DNA from: Alphaproteobacteria bacterium
Lineage (GTDB): Bacteria; Pseudomonadota; Alphaproteobacteria; UBA2966
Length of the DNA: 64,000 nucleotides
Direction of reading: 5' to 3'
NCBI GenBank assembly: GCA_964291395.2
Contig: OZ219856.1
Span: forward strand, 1,760,001 to 1,824,000
Part shown: positions 10,390 through 21,122 of the stretch, one piece after another
Layout: each line of letters begins with the position of its first letter
How positions within the stretch are numbered: position 1 is the first letter of the stretch
Notes under the pieces: generated by a model
Seen by the model: the letters and a program-made list of their open reading frames with translations, nothing else
Told to the model about the DNA's origin: nothing
Database searches by the model: none
Program-made: the position numbers and the translations under genes

Positions 10390-11601
10390 TTATTCACAAT
10401 GCAATAGACGACGATGCTCCGAAAGTGCATAACGGTCCGTCATTCCAGCAATGAAATCACAGACGAGGCGAGGGAGTCCCGAGGGTCGGCACTCGCGTGC
10501 ACTTTCCCGCCATTCCTCCGGCAATGCCTCCGGTTTCTCAAGGTATTCCTGGAATATCTCGGCGACGACTCGCCGCCCATAGTCCGACATCTCGTTGACC
10601 CTCACGTGCCGGTACATATTGCCGAACAGGAAATCCTTCAAGGCGCGATCTCCTTCGATAGTTTCCGCACTCATCCCGATCATCGCCCGATCGCTCTGCC
10701 GAATTGCGTCGACGTTCCGTGGAGCAGCCGCATCGAGGCGGAACCGCGACTCCGCGACCACGTCCGCGATCATCAGCGATATCAGGCGTCGGATGGTCTC
10801 GTGAACGGTTCGCGACCGCTCAGTCTCCGGATACAAGGTTTGAACCTCGGCAAGCACCGGCCCAACGAGGGGAACGTCCCGTAGATCGGCAAGATCAAAG
10901 AGGTCCGCACGGAGACCGTCATCCACATCATGATTGTTGTAGGCGATATCGTCGGCAATCGCGGCAACCTGGGCTTCGGCGCTGGCGAACGTGGAAAGCT
11001 CGAGATCATGAACCGCGACGTATTCCGCGAGAGTTTCATGCAGTGAATCATCGTCACCGGGCTCAGCTGCACGGGAGCCCGTCAACGGTCCGTTGTGCTT
11101 AACCACGCCTTCCAAGGTTTCCCACGTCAAGTTGAGACCATCGAACGCGGCATAGCGCCGCTCCAGCTTGGTCAGGACCCGCAGAGTCTGGGCGTTATGG
11201 TCGAAGCCGCCGTAGGGAGACATGACACCGTCGAGCGCCTCCTCCCCCGCGTGCCCGAAGGGTGGGTGCCCGAGATCGTGCGCCAGCGCCAGTGTTTCCG
11301 CAAGGTCTTCGTTCAGACGAAGTGTGCGGGCGATGGTTCGCGCGATTTGTGCGACTTCCAAGGAATGTGTCAAACGCGTGCGATAGTGATCGCCTTCGTG
11401 ATAGACGAACACTTGGGTCTTGTGCTTGAGCCTTCGGAACGCCGTCGAATGGAGTATCCGGTCGCGGTCGCGCTGAAACGGTGTCCGGGTTTCGCTCTCC
11501 GGTTCCGCGTGAAGACGCCCCCGGCTCGCTGCCGGATCGCATGCGTATGCTGCCGGCGACGGCGCGCCGATACGCGAAACGCCGTTCATGAGCCGGGACA
11601 C
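10390..11601 (-). CDS. dgt: Deoxyguanosinetriphosphate triphosphohydrolase (HD family)
   Basis: [43 protein letters not shown]; exact start uncertain. Confidence 0.95.
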   Translation of the reverse strand: MSRLMNGVSRIGAPSPAAYACDPAASRGRLHAEPESETRTPFQRDRDRILHSTAFRRLKHKTQVFVYHEGDHYRTRLTHSLEVAQIARTIARTLRLNEDLAETLALAHDLGHPPFGHAGEEALDGVMSPYGGFDHNAQTLRVLTKLERRYAAFDGLNLTWETLEGVVKHNGPLTGSRAAEPGDDDSLHETLAEYVAVHDLELSTFASAEAQVAAIADDIAYNNHDVDDGLRADLFDLADLRDVPLVGPVLAEVQTLYPETERSRTVHETIRRLISLMIADVVAESRFRLDAAAPRNVDAIRQSDRAMIGMSAETIEGDRALKDFLFGNMYRHVRVNEMSDYGRRVVAEIFQEYLEKPEALPEEWRESARECRPSGLPRLVCDFIAGMTDRYALSEHRRLLHCE

Positions 11602-11734
11602 TACTCCGGGCTCCGGTCACCTGCAATGCTGTTTGCACCGCCACTAACGCTTACGGCAAGGTTGGTAATTGCTCCAGGTTTCTTATATACATGGAGCACA
11701 TGATGAGAATCTTTCTCGGCAGGTTAAGCGACGC

Positions 11735-12082
11735 ATGATGAGCGATCGTGAACTGACACCCATGACATTGAGCGAGAATGCGGCCCGGCGCATCCGTTTC
11801 CTCATGGAGCGGGAAAACCAGCCCGACGCGGCCGTCCGGGTCACTGTGAGCGGCGGCGGTTGCGCCGGCTTCCAGTACGGCTTCGACTTCGACGTGACGG
11901 TGGCCGAGGACGACTTCGTGTTCGAGCGGGACGGGGCTTGCATCGTCGTGGATCCCCTGTCGTTGAGCTTTCTTCAGGGCTCCGAAGTCGACTACGTCGA
12001 AGAACTGATCGGCGCGTCGTTCCAGATCACGATTCCCAAGGCCTCCTCCTCCTGCAGTTGCGGAACGTCATTCGCGATGTGA
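11735..12082 (+). CDS. erpA: Fe-S cluster insertion protein (ErpA/IscA/HesB family)
   Basis: GGGCAGFQYGF and C-terminal CSCGTSF; dgt-erpA-xth synteny. Confidence 0.9.
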   Translation: MMSDRELTPMTLSENAARRIRFLMERENQPDAAVRVTVSGGGCAGFQYGFDFDVTVAEDDFVFERDGACIVVDPLSLSFLQGSEVDYVEELIGASFQITIPKASSSCSCGTSFAM

Positions 12083-12166
12083 GGTACAGGCGGGCTGTCG
12101 GCACATCTACACTGTGCTAAGAACAGGCTCGGGCTTCCGGGCCTTTCTTGATTCGCAAGGAACCCT

Positions 12167-12937
12167 ATGAAGATCGCAACCTGGAACGTCAACTCGGTGA
12201 AGGCACGGCTGCCTCACGTCATCGACTATCTGCGTGAGAAATCGCCCGACGTGATCCTGTTGCAGGAAACCAAGGTCGTCGATGAAGCCTTTCCCGCCTT
12301 CGAGATCGAGGAGCTGGGTTACAACGTCGCCGTCCACGGCCAGAAGACCTACAACGGGGTCGCCATCCTCAGCAAACGGCCGGTCGACGACGTGGTGCGG
12401 GGTCTCGGAGGCGACAAGTTGGATGAGCAGGCACGCTACATCGAAGGAACGGTCGGAACAGTCCGCGTGGCGTCGATCTATCTTCCCAATGGAAACCCCG
12501 TCGGAACCGAGAAGTTCACATACAAGCTGTCGTGGATGGCCCGCCTCAGAGACCGCATGAAGGAGTTGCTGGAGACAGAAGAAGCCTGTGTGTTCGGGGG
12601 CGACTATAATGTGTGCCCCTCCGACATCGACGTCTACGACCCTTCGGAATTCGCCGGAGATGCGCTTTGCCAGTCTGAGTCCAGGAACCTTTTCCGATCC
12701 ATGATCTATCTGGGCCTGACCGACGCCTTGCGCGTGTTCCATCCCGAACCGGGCGTCTATTCCTATTGGGATTACCAGCGGGGCGCCTGGCCCAAAGATC
12801 ACGGACTGCGTATCGATCACCTGTTACTGACTCCGCAGGCAGCAGACCGTCTCGAGGCTGCTGATGTCGATCGTCGTCCGCGCGGCAAGGAAAAAGCGTC
12901 CGACCATACGCCGGTATGGTGTGAACTCGAGGAGTGA
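12167..12937 (+). CDS. xth: Exodeoxyribonuclease III
   Basis: MKIATWNVNS, LQETK, GDYN, GLRIDH, SDHTPV. Confidence 0.97.
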   Translation: MKIATWNVNSVKARLPHVIDYLREKSPDVILLQETKVVDEAFPAFEIEELGYNVAVHGQKTYNGVAILSKRPVDDVVRGLGGDKLDEQARYIEGTVGTVRVASIYLPNGNPVGTEKFTYKLSWMARLRDRMKELLETEEACVFGGDYNVCPSDIDVYDPSEFAGDALCQSESRNLFRSMIYLGLTDALRVFHPEPGVYSYWDYQRGAWPKDHGLRIDHLLLTPQAADRLEAADVDRRPRGKEKASDHTPVWCELEE

Positions 12938-12942
12938 ATGGC

Positions 12943-15612
12943 ATGGCCCAAGCAGAGGCAATCCAACTTCGGCACACCGTCTTGCATGACTGGCACGTGG
13001 AAGCCCGAGCCCGGATGGTCGAGTTCGGCGGATGGGACATGCCGGTCCAGTACCCCACCGGGATCGTGCAGGAGCATCTCTCGACCCGCCGGGCCGCCGG
13101 ATTGTTCGACGTCTCGCACATGGGCCGCTTCCGGATCAGCGGCGCCGGTGCCGAAGCTTTTCTTATGTACGCCCTGACCAACAACGCGCAGGCGCTCGAT
13201 CCGGGTTTGGCGCAGTATACCCTCATCGCCAACGAGACCGGCGGTGCGGTAGACGACGCCTATCTCTACCGGCTCGCAAAGAACGACTTTCTGCTCGTCG
13301 TGAATGCGGAAAACCGAGGCAAGGACTGGATTTGGCTGGAGGGTCTCAAATCCGGGGAGGTCACGTTCGCCGATGAGAGTGAACGCCTCGGCATGATTGC
13401 GCTCCAAGGTCCGGAAGCCTCACATATCCTGGAGCGAATCGTTGACGGCAGCGAACTCCCGGAAAACAAGCGCAATCGGCTTCGCGCAATCCGAATCGAT
13501 GGCCACGAGGTGATCATCGCGCGCACGGGCTACACCGGCGAGGCCATCTGTTTCGAGATCTTTCCCGAACGCGATTTCACGGTCGAGCTGTGGCAAAAGT
13601 TGGTCGATGCGGGTGCCGTTCCCGTCGGGCTCGGTGCCCGCGACTCGTTACGTCTGGAAGCAGGTTTACCGCTTTACGGACATGAGCTCGGTTTGGATCC
13701 GGAGGGACGCGAGATCCCGATATTTGCCAACGGTCTAGCCCGTTTCGGCGTCCGGCCCCTGGGCAATCAGGATTACATCGGACGGGCCGAACTCGAAAAA
13801 CAGCAGGATGAATACGTTCACATCATGCGCCGGGAACTCGACGCGCCGGTGGAGCGGCGCCTGCTCACCCATATCATTCAGCCAATCGCCGTCTTCGGGG
13901 ACCGCAAGCCGCTGCGCTCCGGATTCAAGGTGTATTTCGACGGGGCGCACGCCGGATACGTGACATCGGGGACCAGCGTTCCGTTCAGCGGCTTCCGCGG
14001 TCAGGGAATCACGGCGGCACCGTCGGACTCCCATGAGTTGCGGCCCATCGGTCTCGCCCTGCTGCGCTCCGACATCCTCTACGTGGCCGATCGCCCGGTA
14101 ACCCTAGAGGTCGAGGATGCCCGCGGCAACCGGACGACGGCCGAACTGGTAGAGCGCAACCTCTGGCCCGTCACTCCTTACAGCCGTCCCTATACCGGCT
14201 TTCGGCACGTTCCCGAGCCACCACGGACGGACCTCTCCGGCTTGACCGAACTCGCCCGGGACTTAAGGAGGGAGTCAGCCGCGAACAATCGCTGGCGGCG
14301 GGCGGAATGCATCAATCTGATCCCATCCGAGCAACCGACCTCAAGCTTTGTCGACTCACTGATGACCTCCGACCCCGCGGGCCGATACAACGAGCACAGC
14401 CGGGTCAAGGCGCTCGGACCCGCTGCTCCCGACGTGCGTTACTACAAGGGCACGTCGTTCATCATGGATAAGGAGGAGGAACTCTGCGCCGCCCTGCGGA
14501 CGTTCTTCGGCTGTCATAACGTGGAGCCGCGGGTGGTTAGCGGCCAGATGGCCAATGACACCGTGTACGATGCGCTCAAGCAGTACCGCAACCGTTTGCG
14601 CGGTGGAGACCCGAAGCCCATCGGCCGGATCCTCGTGCACGACCTCAACAAGGGTGGCCACCTCAGCGCCCAGGTGGCGGGCGCCCTCAAGAACTACATC
14701 GATCTCGACCCCCGCACCCGCCGGCCCGCGGTCGAACACTTTCCGTTTCAGAAGGAGAACCCCCACCGCATCGATGTCGGCGCGACCAAGGAATTGATCG
14801 CCCGAACCCGGCCGGAGCTCATCGTTTTCGGACGTAGCGTCATCATCCACACGGAGCCGATCCGCGAGATCGCGGAATTCGTTCACGCGCAGTTCGGAGC
14901 CGACAACCCTGCACGGCCGATCATTCATTATGACGCGGCCCACGTGCTCGGCCTGCTCGGCCCATATTTCCAGGATCCGTTCGCGGAGGGGGCTGACCTC
15001 GTCACCGGCTCCACCCACAAGACATTCTTCGGACCACAACGGGGAATCGTGCTAGGCAACATTCCGCCGGGGTCGGTATTCGAGCCTCTGTGGGACTACA
15101 TCAGTTCGCGAACCTTTCCCGGCCACGTCAGCAATCATCATCTCGGCACGATGCTGGGCCTCCTCGGTGCCACGTACGAAATGCTTGCCTTCAAGGACGA
15201 CTATCCGAAGCAGGTGATCGCCAACTCGAAGGCCTTCGCACACGGGTTGGTGGAGAACGGCATGGCGCTCGAAGGTGATCCAGAATGCGATTATACGGAT
15301 ACCCATCAGGTGCTGATCCGTACCGCCCGCAGCCGCGGGGAGTTCATCGCCAGCCTGTTCGAGGCCAACAACGTCATCACCAATCCACAGGCCTATTGGG
15401 ACGACGCAAGTTTCGCCGTCGCCAGCGGCGTACGCACCGGCACCCAGGAAATGACGCGCTACGGCATGAAGGAGTCGGACTTCGTCGAGTTGGCCGCACT
15501 CGTCGCCGACATCGCCCGCAACGGCGAGACCCAGCCTGACGGTCACTGGAAGGAGCAGGTGAAAGCGTTCCGCGCCCGCTTCAGCGAGATGACCTATTGC
15601 CTGGGGTGCTAG
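12943..15612 (+). CDS. Fusion: aminomethyltransferase (GcvT) + serine hydroxymethyltransferase
   Basis: N-half: FGGWDMPVQY, GLFDVSHMG, RTGYTGE, GLGARDSLRLEAG. C-half: INLIPSE, GGHLS, DAAHVLGL, GSTHKTFFGPQRG (PLP Lys), SNHH. One open frame. Confidence 0.93.
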   Translation: MAQAEAIQLRHTVLHDWHVEARARMVEFGGWDMPVQYPTGIVQEHLSTRRAAGLFDVSHMGRFRISGAGAEAFLMYALTNNAQALDPGLAQYTLIANETGGAVDDAYLYRLAKNDFLLVVNAENRGKDWIWLEGLKSGEVTFADESERLGMIALQGPEASHILERIVDGSELPENKRNRLRAIRIDGHEVIIARTGYTGEAICFEIFPERDFTVELWQKLVDAGAVPVGLGARDSLRLEAGLPLYGHELGLDPEGREIPIFANGLARFGVRPLGNQDYIGRAELEKQQDEYVHIMRRELDAPVERRLLTHIIQPIAVFGDRKPLRSGFKVYFDGAHAGYVTSGTSVPFSGFRGQGITAAPSDSHELRPIGLALLRSDILYVADRPVTLEVEDARGNRTTAELVERNLWPVTPYSRPYTGFRHVPEPPRTDLSGLTELARDLRRESAANNRWRRAECINLIPSEQPTSSFVDSLMTSDPAGRYNEHSRVKALGPAAPDVRYYKGTSFIMDKEEELCAALRTFFGCHNVEPRVVSGQMANDTVYDALKQYRNRLRGGDPKPIGRILVHDLNKGGHLSAQVAGALKNYIDLDPRTRRPAVEHFPFQKENPHRIDVGATKELIARTRPELIVFGRSVIIHTEPIREIAEFVHAQFGADNPARPIIHYDAAHVLGLLGPYFQDPFAEGADLVTGSTHKTFFGPQRGIVLGNIPPGSVFEPLWDYISSRTFPGHVSNHHLGTMLGLLGATYEMLAFKDDYPKQVIANSKAFAHGLVENGMALEGDPECDYTDTHQVLIRTARSRGEFIASLFEANNVITNPQAYWDDASFAVASGVRTGTQEMTRYGMKESDFVELAALVADIARNGETQPDGHWKEQVKAFRARFSEMTYCLGC

Positions 15613-17156
15613 GCTTGGCCGCGTGCCGGCATGCGGATCAGAGCGAGAACGGGCAGACACAGGAGACTGGCCACCGCCAGCCACAGAAAGTCGTCGCTGT
15701 AAGCGACGGCCGCGGCCTGTCGGGTCGCCTCAAGATTAAGCGCCGCCGCACCGGCGGATTCGGCCAAGCTCCAGAAGTCGGGAAGCGGCAGGTGACGCAG
15801 GGTTTCGTTGAACGGTGAGGCATAGTCTCGGAGCACGCTCCGGTTGGCCTGAGTCTCCCTCACCACGTAGGCCACGGCCAGGGAAACTCCGACACTGCTG
15901 CCAAAATTCCGGCTGAGGGAAAACAGTCCTGTCCCTACGTCCCGATACTGCCTGGGCAATGTCGAGAATGTCACCACGCTGAGCGGCACGAAATAGAACC
16001 CGACGCCGAACCCGTGGGCAAACACCGCGGCGTAGAACAGCCAGCGCTCGAATTCGGGCGTGAACAAGGACATCTGCCAGTTGGCCCAGACGAGGGCGGC
16101 GATGCCGACGGCCATCAGGGGCACCGGATGGACGCGCCCGACCAGCCGTCCGCCCGACATCGAGCCCACCGCATTACCGGCGGCCTGCGGCACCATGACG
16201 AGGCCCGTCAGGAACACCGGATAGCCCGCCAGCGACTGCAGGTACGGCGAAATCAACGCCAAGAACGCCAGCCAATGGATGCCCAGCATGAACATCAGCA
16301 GCAGGCCAACCATGAAATTGCGATCGGCGAAGACGGTCCGGGGAATGAAGGGTCGGGAGGAGTAAATGCTGTGGACGACGAAGAAGTACAGGGCGACGGC
16401 GGCGAGCATTGAGGCCATCACGATCTGGGGCGCCGAGAACCAGTCCATCCGCTCGCCGCGGCTCAGTACGATCTGCAAAGACACCAGTCCCACCGACAGG
16501 ATCAAAAAGCCGACCAGACCGAAGGGTTGAACGCCGGGTCGCCGTGCCCGAGTCGGTGCGAAGATATAGATGATGGCGAAGGCGACAACGCCGAACGGTA
16601 CGTTGATGTAGAAGGCCCAGCGCCAGCTGTGGAATTCCGAGAGATAGCCTCCCAGCGCGGGTCCCAGGACGATGCCCACCATGACCCCAAGCGACCACCA
16701 ACCCATGGCCTTGCCCCGCTCCTCGGGCGGGAACGCGTCGAACACGAAGGATTGGGAGATGGGGACCAGGGGCGATGCGAACACGCCCTGCAAAAACCGA
16801 TACATGACGATTTCCCGCAGGCTTTCCGCCGAACCGGTGAACACCGAGGTGACGCAAAAGCCGACGGTGGTGATCAGGAACAGGCGCCGGCGACCCAAAT
16901 GACCGGTCAGCGTCCCCGTAAGCGGCATGAAGATCGCGACCGCGATGAGATAGGCGGCCAGCACCCAAGCGATCTCGTCCTGGGTCGCCGAGAGCGATCC
17001 CTGGATGCGGGGCATGGCCACCGTGGCCATGGTGGTATCGAGTACCTGAAGATTCGCTCCCAGCACGACTCCGGCAAAGATCAGCAGACGGTAGCGCATG
17101 GGCGCATCTGGAGGGATGGACTCCGGGGTCGCGGGCGAGGATTCCTGAACTGTCAT
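15609..17156 (-). CDS. DHA2 (EmrB/QacA) family MFS efflux permease
   Basis: LDTTMATVAMPRIQGSLSAT, WRWAFYINVPFG, many TM segments. Confidence 0.92.
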   Translation of the reverse strand: MTVQESSPATPESIPPDAPMRYRLLIFAGVVLGANLQVLDTTMATVAMPRIQGSLSATQDEIAWVLAAYLIAVAIFMPLTGTLTGHLGRRRLFLITTVGFCVTSVFTGSAESLREIVMYRFLQGVFASPLVPISQSFVFDAFPPEERGKAMGWWSLGVMVGIVLGPALGGYLSEFHSWRWAFYINVPFGVVAFAIIYIFAPTRARRPGVQPFGLVGFLILSVGLVSLQIVLSRGERMDWFSAPQIVMASMLAAVALYFFVVHSIYSSRPFIPRTVFADRNFMVGLLLMFMLGIHWLAFLALISPYLQSLAGYPVFLTGLVMVPQAAGNAVGSMSGGRLVGRVHPVPLMAVGIAALVWANWQMSLFTPEFERWLFYAAVFAHGFGVGFYFVPLSVVTFSTLPRQYRDVGTGLFSLSRNFGSSVGVSLAVAYVVRETQANRSVLRDYASPFNETLRHLPLPDFWSLAESAGAAALNLEATRQAAAVAYSDDFLWLAVASLLCLPVLALIRMPARGQA

Positions 17157-17396
17157 GGCGTGTTCATCCGCTCTACCATAAGAGCGGAACGATCTGATTT
17201 GCCTCTTCCTCAGGTGACCACTTTTCGCGCCTGAATAGCCCGTTGATCTCGAGCTGTAGGAACTCGGGTCGTATGAATGAGCGCCCGAGCGGACGCAAGC
17301 AGCGTTTGACGGCGGCGGCTACCTCATCGCTGCTCCGCCAACACGTGGCGAGCGGGCGACAAGGGATGCGGGAGCGGTCGTCGAACCGGAATCACT

Positions 17397-19121
17397 TCAG
17401 ATGTCGGCGTACTGACGAACCTCCGCGTGACCGCCGGGATGGGTCACGGCGCCCTTCTCCGCCGAGCCGACCGTCTGGGCATACTTCCACAGCGTGCCCG
17501 ACTGGAAGTCAGTGGTTCTAGCAGTCCACGACTCCCGACGTTTGTCGAGCTCATCTTCCGACAACTCGACGTCGAGCGTTCCCTTCTCCGCATCGATATG
17601 GATGATGTCACCGTTTTCGAGCAGACCGATCGGCCCACCCACCGCCGCCTCGGGACCGATGTGACCGACGCAGAAGCCGCGCGTCGCGCCGGAAAACCGG
17701 CCGTCCGTGATGAGCGCGAGTTTTTCGCCCATGCCTTGGCCGTAGATCGCAGCCGTCGTCGACAACATTTCGCGCATTCCGGGACCGCCACGAGGTCCTT
17801 CATAGCGAATGACAATGACGTCACCCTCCTCATACTCCTTGTTCCGCACCGCGTCGAAGGCTTCCTCCTCGCAGTCGAATACCCGTGCGGGACCCGAGAA
17901 CTGGAGACGCGCGAGGCCCGCGATCTTCACGATTCCGCCCTCCTGCGCGAGATTGCCCTTGAGGCCGACCACGCCACCGGTCGGGCTGAGGGGGTTCGAG
18001 ACCGGGCGGATCACGTCCTGGTCATCACGGAACGAGAACTCCTCGAGATTCTCGGCAACGGTCCTCCCCGTCACCGTCAGACAGTCGCCGTGCAGGAACC
18101 CGCCGTCCATGAGAGTCTTCATCAACACCGGCACGCCTCCCGCCTCGTACATGTCCTTGGCGATGTACCTGCCGCCAGGTTTGAGGTCCGCGATGTAAGG
18201 CGTTCGCCGGAAAATCTCACAAACATCGTGCAGGTCGAAATCGATTCCCGCCTCGTTGGCGATCGCGGGCAAATGGAGACCGGCATTGGTCGACCCACCC
18301 GACGCGGCGACCACGGTCGCCGCGTTCTCCAACGCCTGCCGTGTCACGATGTCGCGCGGACGAACGTCGTTCGCCAGAAGATTCATCACGGCTTGGCCCG
18401 ACGCTTCGGCCAAAGCGTCCCGGGATTCGTACGGAGCCGGCGCCCCGGCCGACAGCGGCAACGCCAGGCCCATCGCTTCCGACACACAGGCCATAGTGTT
18501 GGCGGTGAATTGCCCGCCGCACGAACCGGCAGACGGACAGGCCACGCATTCGAGCTCGTGCAGCGTTTCGTCGTCCATATTGCCGGCGCTGTGCATACCG
18601 ACGGCCTCGAACACGTCGACCACCGTGACATCCCGGTTTTGGAAGCGCCCCGGCAGGATCGAGCCGCCATACATGAACACGGCAGGCACGTTGAGACGCA
18701 CCATCGCCATCATCAAACCCGGCAAAGACTTGTCACATCCCGCCAGCCCCACAAGGGCGTCGTAGGCATGTCCGCGCATGGTGAGCTCGGTCGAATCGGC
18801 AATGACTTCGCGACTCACCAGGGAAGACTTCATCCCCTCGTGACCCATCGCGATGCCATCCGTCACTGTGATGGTGGTAAACTCTCGTGGGGTGCCGCCA
18901 TTTGCGGCGACACCCTTCTTTGCCGCCTGAGCCTGGCGGGACAAAGCGATATTGCACGGGGCGGCTTCGTTCCACGTCGTCACCACGCCGACCAAAGGCT
19001 GATAGATCTCCTCTTCACTGAGACCCATCGCGTAGAGGTAGGAGCGATGCGGTGCCCGCTCCGGCCCGACCGTCGAATGACGGCTCGGCAGTTTCGATTT
19101 GTCGAAGGTCTTGACGTCCAT
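17397..19121 (-). CDS. ilvD: Dihydroxy-acid dehydratase
   Basis: [46 protein letters not shown]; start set at MDVKT. Confidence 0.96.
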   Translation of the reverse strand: MDVKTFDKSKLPSRHSTVGPERAPHRSYLYAMGLSEEEIYQPLVGVVTTWNEAAPCNIALSRQAQAAKKGVAANGGTPREFTTITVTDGIAMGHEGMKSSLVSREVIADSTELTMRGHAYDALVGLAGCDKSLPGLMMAMVRLNVPAVFMYGGSILPGRFQNRDVTVVDVFEAVGMHSAGNMDDETLHELECVACPSAGSCGGQFTANTMACVSEAMGLALPLSAGAPAPYESRDALAEASGQAVMNLLANDVRPRDIVTRQALENAATVVAASGGSTNAGLHLPAIANEAGIDFDLHDVCEIFRRTPYIADLKPGGRYIAKDMYEAGGVPVLMKTLMDGGFLHGDCLTVTGRTVAENLEEFSFRDDQDVIRPVSNPLSPTGGVVGLKGNLAQEGGIVKIAGLARLQFSGPARVFDCEEEAFDAVRNKEYEEGDVIVIRYEGPRGGPGMREMLSTTAAIYGQGMGEKLALITDGRFSGATRGFCVGHIGPEAAVGGPIGLLENGDIIHIDAEKGTLDVELSEDELDKRRESWTARTTDFQSGTLWKYAQTVGSAEKGAVTHPGGHAEVRQYADI

Positions 19122-19376
19122 CTCGCGATCTCCCTGGTCGCTCTCGGTACAAGCCGGCAGCCGTTGGTCCACCCGCGCGTAGGCCGCCTTTTCGGCCATG
19201 CCTCGGTGGCAAATTTTCGACGGTCCCACCCCACGAATGGGATGCCTAACGTTTCACGGGTATGCCCGAAAATCAATTCCTGCAATCAACGATGCAGGAT
19301 GGCCCGACCACCGACAACTCTCGACACCGAGACGAGGCGTTCTCACCTGCCTCTATCCGCGAAACCGCCTCCGGCA

Positions 19377-19766
19377 TCAGCCGTCCATCTCCACCGTGGG
19401 TTCGATCTCGAGGACCATGTCCGGCGACGCAAGCCGCGAAATCTCGACCAGGGTCGCCGCGGGGCGGCTGACGTAAAGCTCCTGGATGGCATCCCTCGCT
19501 TCCTGAAAGGCGTCCAGATCGGTGGTGTATATCGTCAAGCGGACGATGCCCCTGATGCTGGCGCCAGCGGCGTCGCAGACATCTTTGATGTTCTGGACGA
19601 TCTGCTCCGCCTGCTTGCGCATGTCGGCGGGACCGTTGATGGAGCCGTCGGGCAACCGCGCCGTGATGCCCGAGATGTGCAGCAACTTTCCCGTCGAGAT
19701 ATTACCCGGCGCGTGCGGGACGTCTTGCTCCCATGGCTTGCCCGTGAATACGGTATTCTGACCCAT
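19377..19766 (-). CDS. RidA/YjgF family protein
   Basis: LLHISG, QAEQIVQNI, RPAATLVEISRL, LEIE. Confidence 0.85.
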   Translation of the reverse strand: MGQNTVFTGKPWEQDVPHAPGNISTGKLLHISGITARLPDGSINGPADMRKQAEQIVQNIKDVCDAAGASIRGIVRLTIYTTDLDAFQEARDAIQELYVSRPAATLVEISRLASPDMVLEIEPTVEMDG

Positions 19767-19811
19767 GTTTTTCCTCCTTGCTTCCGGCGGCTACCATTCG
19801 TTTGTCCGCGC

Positions 19812-20402
19812 ATGAGCGAATTTCGTTCGCGTTACCTCACATGGACACCCGAACCTGGTTACACCTCTGGTTCGGCCAAGGCAATCTGGCGTAGATGGGG
19901 ACTCGCAAGAGTCATCACGGGTGGTCAATCGGGCGTCGACCGGGCCGTGCTGGATGTCGCGGCCGAACTGGGTCTGCCTTGCGGAGGATGGTGTCCCCGT
20001 GGGCGCTGGGCGGAGGATGGCCCCATCGATACCTGCTATCCACTTCGCGAGACGCCGCTCCGCCGCGCCATCCAGCGTACACGCTGGAACATGCGCGGCT
20101 CAGACGGAACGCTCATCCTGGCGCGGAACAGGCCGCGCGGCGGGAGCGCCGTCCTACCGAGGCTGGCCGGCGTAAGCCATCCACGCACCGTAGTGAGTCC
20201 TGGAGACCCACGCGCGCCGGGCCGCGCGATCCGCTTCGTGATGACAAACGGAATACGGGTGCTGAACATCGGTGGTCCTCGGGAAAGCGAAGACCCAGGA
20301 ATCTATCTCGCCGCGAGGGCTTTTCTCCTACGGCTTTTCTCCCCATGCTGGAACCCGGCGAAGGCCACCGCCAAACACAGAACGAGAACAGGTCGACCAT
20401 GA
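19812..20402 (+). CDS. Putative molybdenum-cofactor carrier-like protein (SLOG fold)
   Basis: VITGGQSGVDRAVLD, GGWCPRGRWAEDG, SDGTLIL, VLNIGGPRES at the 3' end of the long 17427-20402 frame; start uncertain. Confidence 0.75.
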   Translation: MSEFRSRYLTWTPEPGYTSGSAKAIWRRWGLARVITGGQSGVDRAVLDVAAELGLPCGGWCPRGRWAEDGPIDTCYPLRETPLRRAIQRTRWNMRGSDGTLILARNRPRGGSAVLPRLAGVSHPRTVVSPGDPRAPGRAIRFVMTNGIRVLNIGGPRESEDPGIYLAARAFLLRLFSPCWNPAKATAKHRTRTGRP

Positions 20403-21106
20403 CATTCACCATCATCGGGCGCTGCCAACGAACGGGCCGGTTGGGGATCGGGATCGCAACCTACTCGCTTGCGGTCGGATCCTATTGTCCGCACGTCAAG
20501 CACGACGTGGCCGCGCTCTCCAATCAGGCGTTCGTCAATCCGCCGCTGGGCCCAATTGCCATGGACCTTCTGGAAGAGGGCATGGCGCCGGAAGACGTCC
20601 TCGAGGACCTCAAGGCTCGCGACCCGCTGCTCGACTACCGCCAGATTGGCATCGTGAGTCGCTTCGGCGCGACGGCGTGCTGGTCGGGGGACAACTGCCG
20701 ACCCTATGTCGGACACGAGATCGGGGACGGATACGTCGCCATGGGCAACGCGCTGGCGGGACGTCAGGTCGTCGAAGCCATCGGTGATACTTTCCGGGGC
20801 GGCATGGACAATGACCTCGATGAGCGTCTGATGAGGGCGCTCGAAGCGGGACGCGACGCAGGCGGTCAGGCAACCGCCGACGGCGAACACATGGCCGAAC
20901 GCTCGGCAGCCCTTTACGTAGCGCAGCCGGACATGGCGGAGATCGTCGACCTTCGGGTCGACGTTCACGACACGGCCGTGGAGGAATTGCGGCGAGCGTT
21001 CGATGCCTACAAGCCGTACGTGGCCCACTATCTGTGGCGCTCGCTGGATCCGGCAACACTGCCGCCACAGGATGTGTGGGCCGCGGAACAGGGACTCGCT
21101 CCTTGA
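20399..21106 (+). CDS. DUF1028 family (Ntn-hydrolase-like) protein
   Basis: MTFTIIGRC...LGIGIAT..LAVG, RQIGIV, GNAL, LEAG..AGG, DLRVD. Confidence 0.85.
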   Translation: MTFTIIGRCQRTGRLGIGIATYSLAVGSYCPHVKHDVAALSNQAFVNPPLGPIAMDLLEEGMAPEDVLEDLKARDPLLDYRQIGIVSRFGATACWSGDNCRPYVGHEIGDGYVAMGNALAGRQVVEAIGDTFRGGMDNDLDERLMRALEAGRDAGGQATADGEHMAERSAALYVAQPDMAEIVDLRVDVHDTAVEELRRAFDAYKPYVAHYLWRSLDPATLPPQDVWAAEQGLAP

Positions 21107-21122
21107 AGACTTATTCCGGCCG

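Noticed and set aside
17160-17390. Glycine riboswitch near the GcvT fusion (CTCAGG seen)
   Set aside because: Wrong position relative to the fusion, and the other conserved aptamer elements are missing.
17427-20402. 991-aa plus-strand ORF
   Set aside because: Mostly the antisense shadow of ilvD and the RidA gene in GC-rich DNA; only the last ~197 codons look like a real protein (annotated separately).
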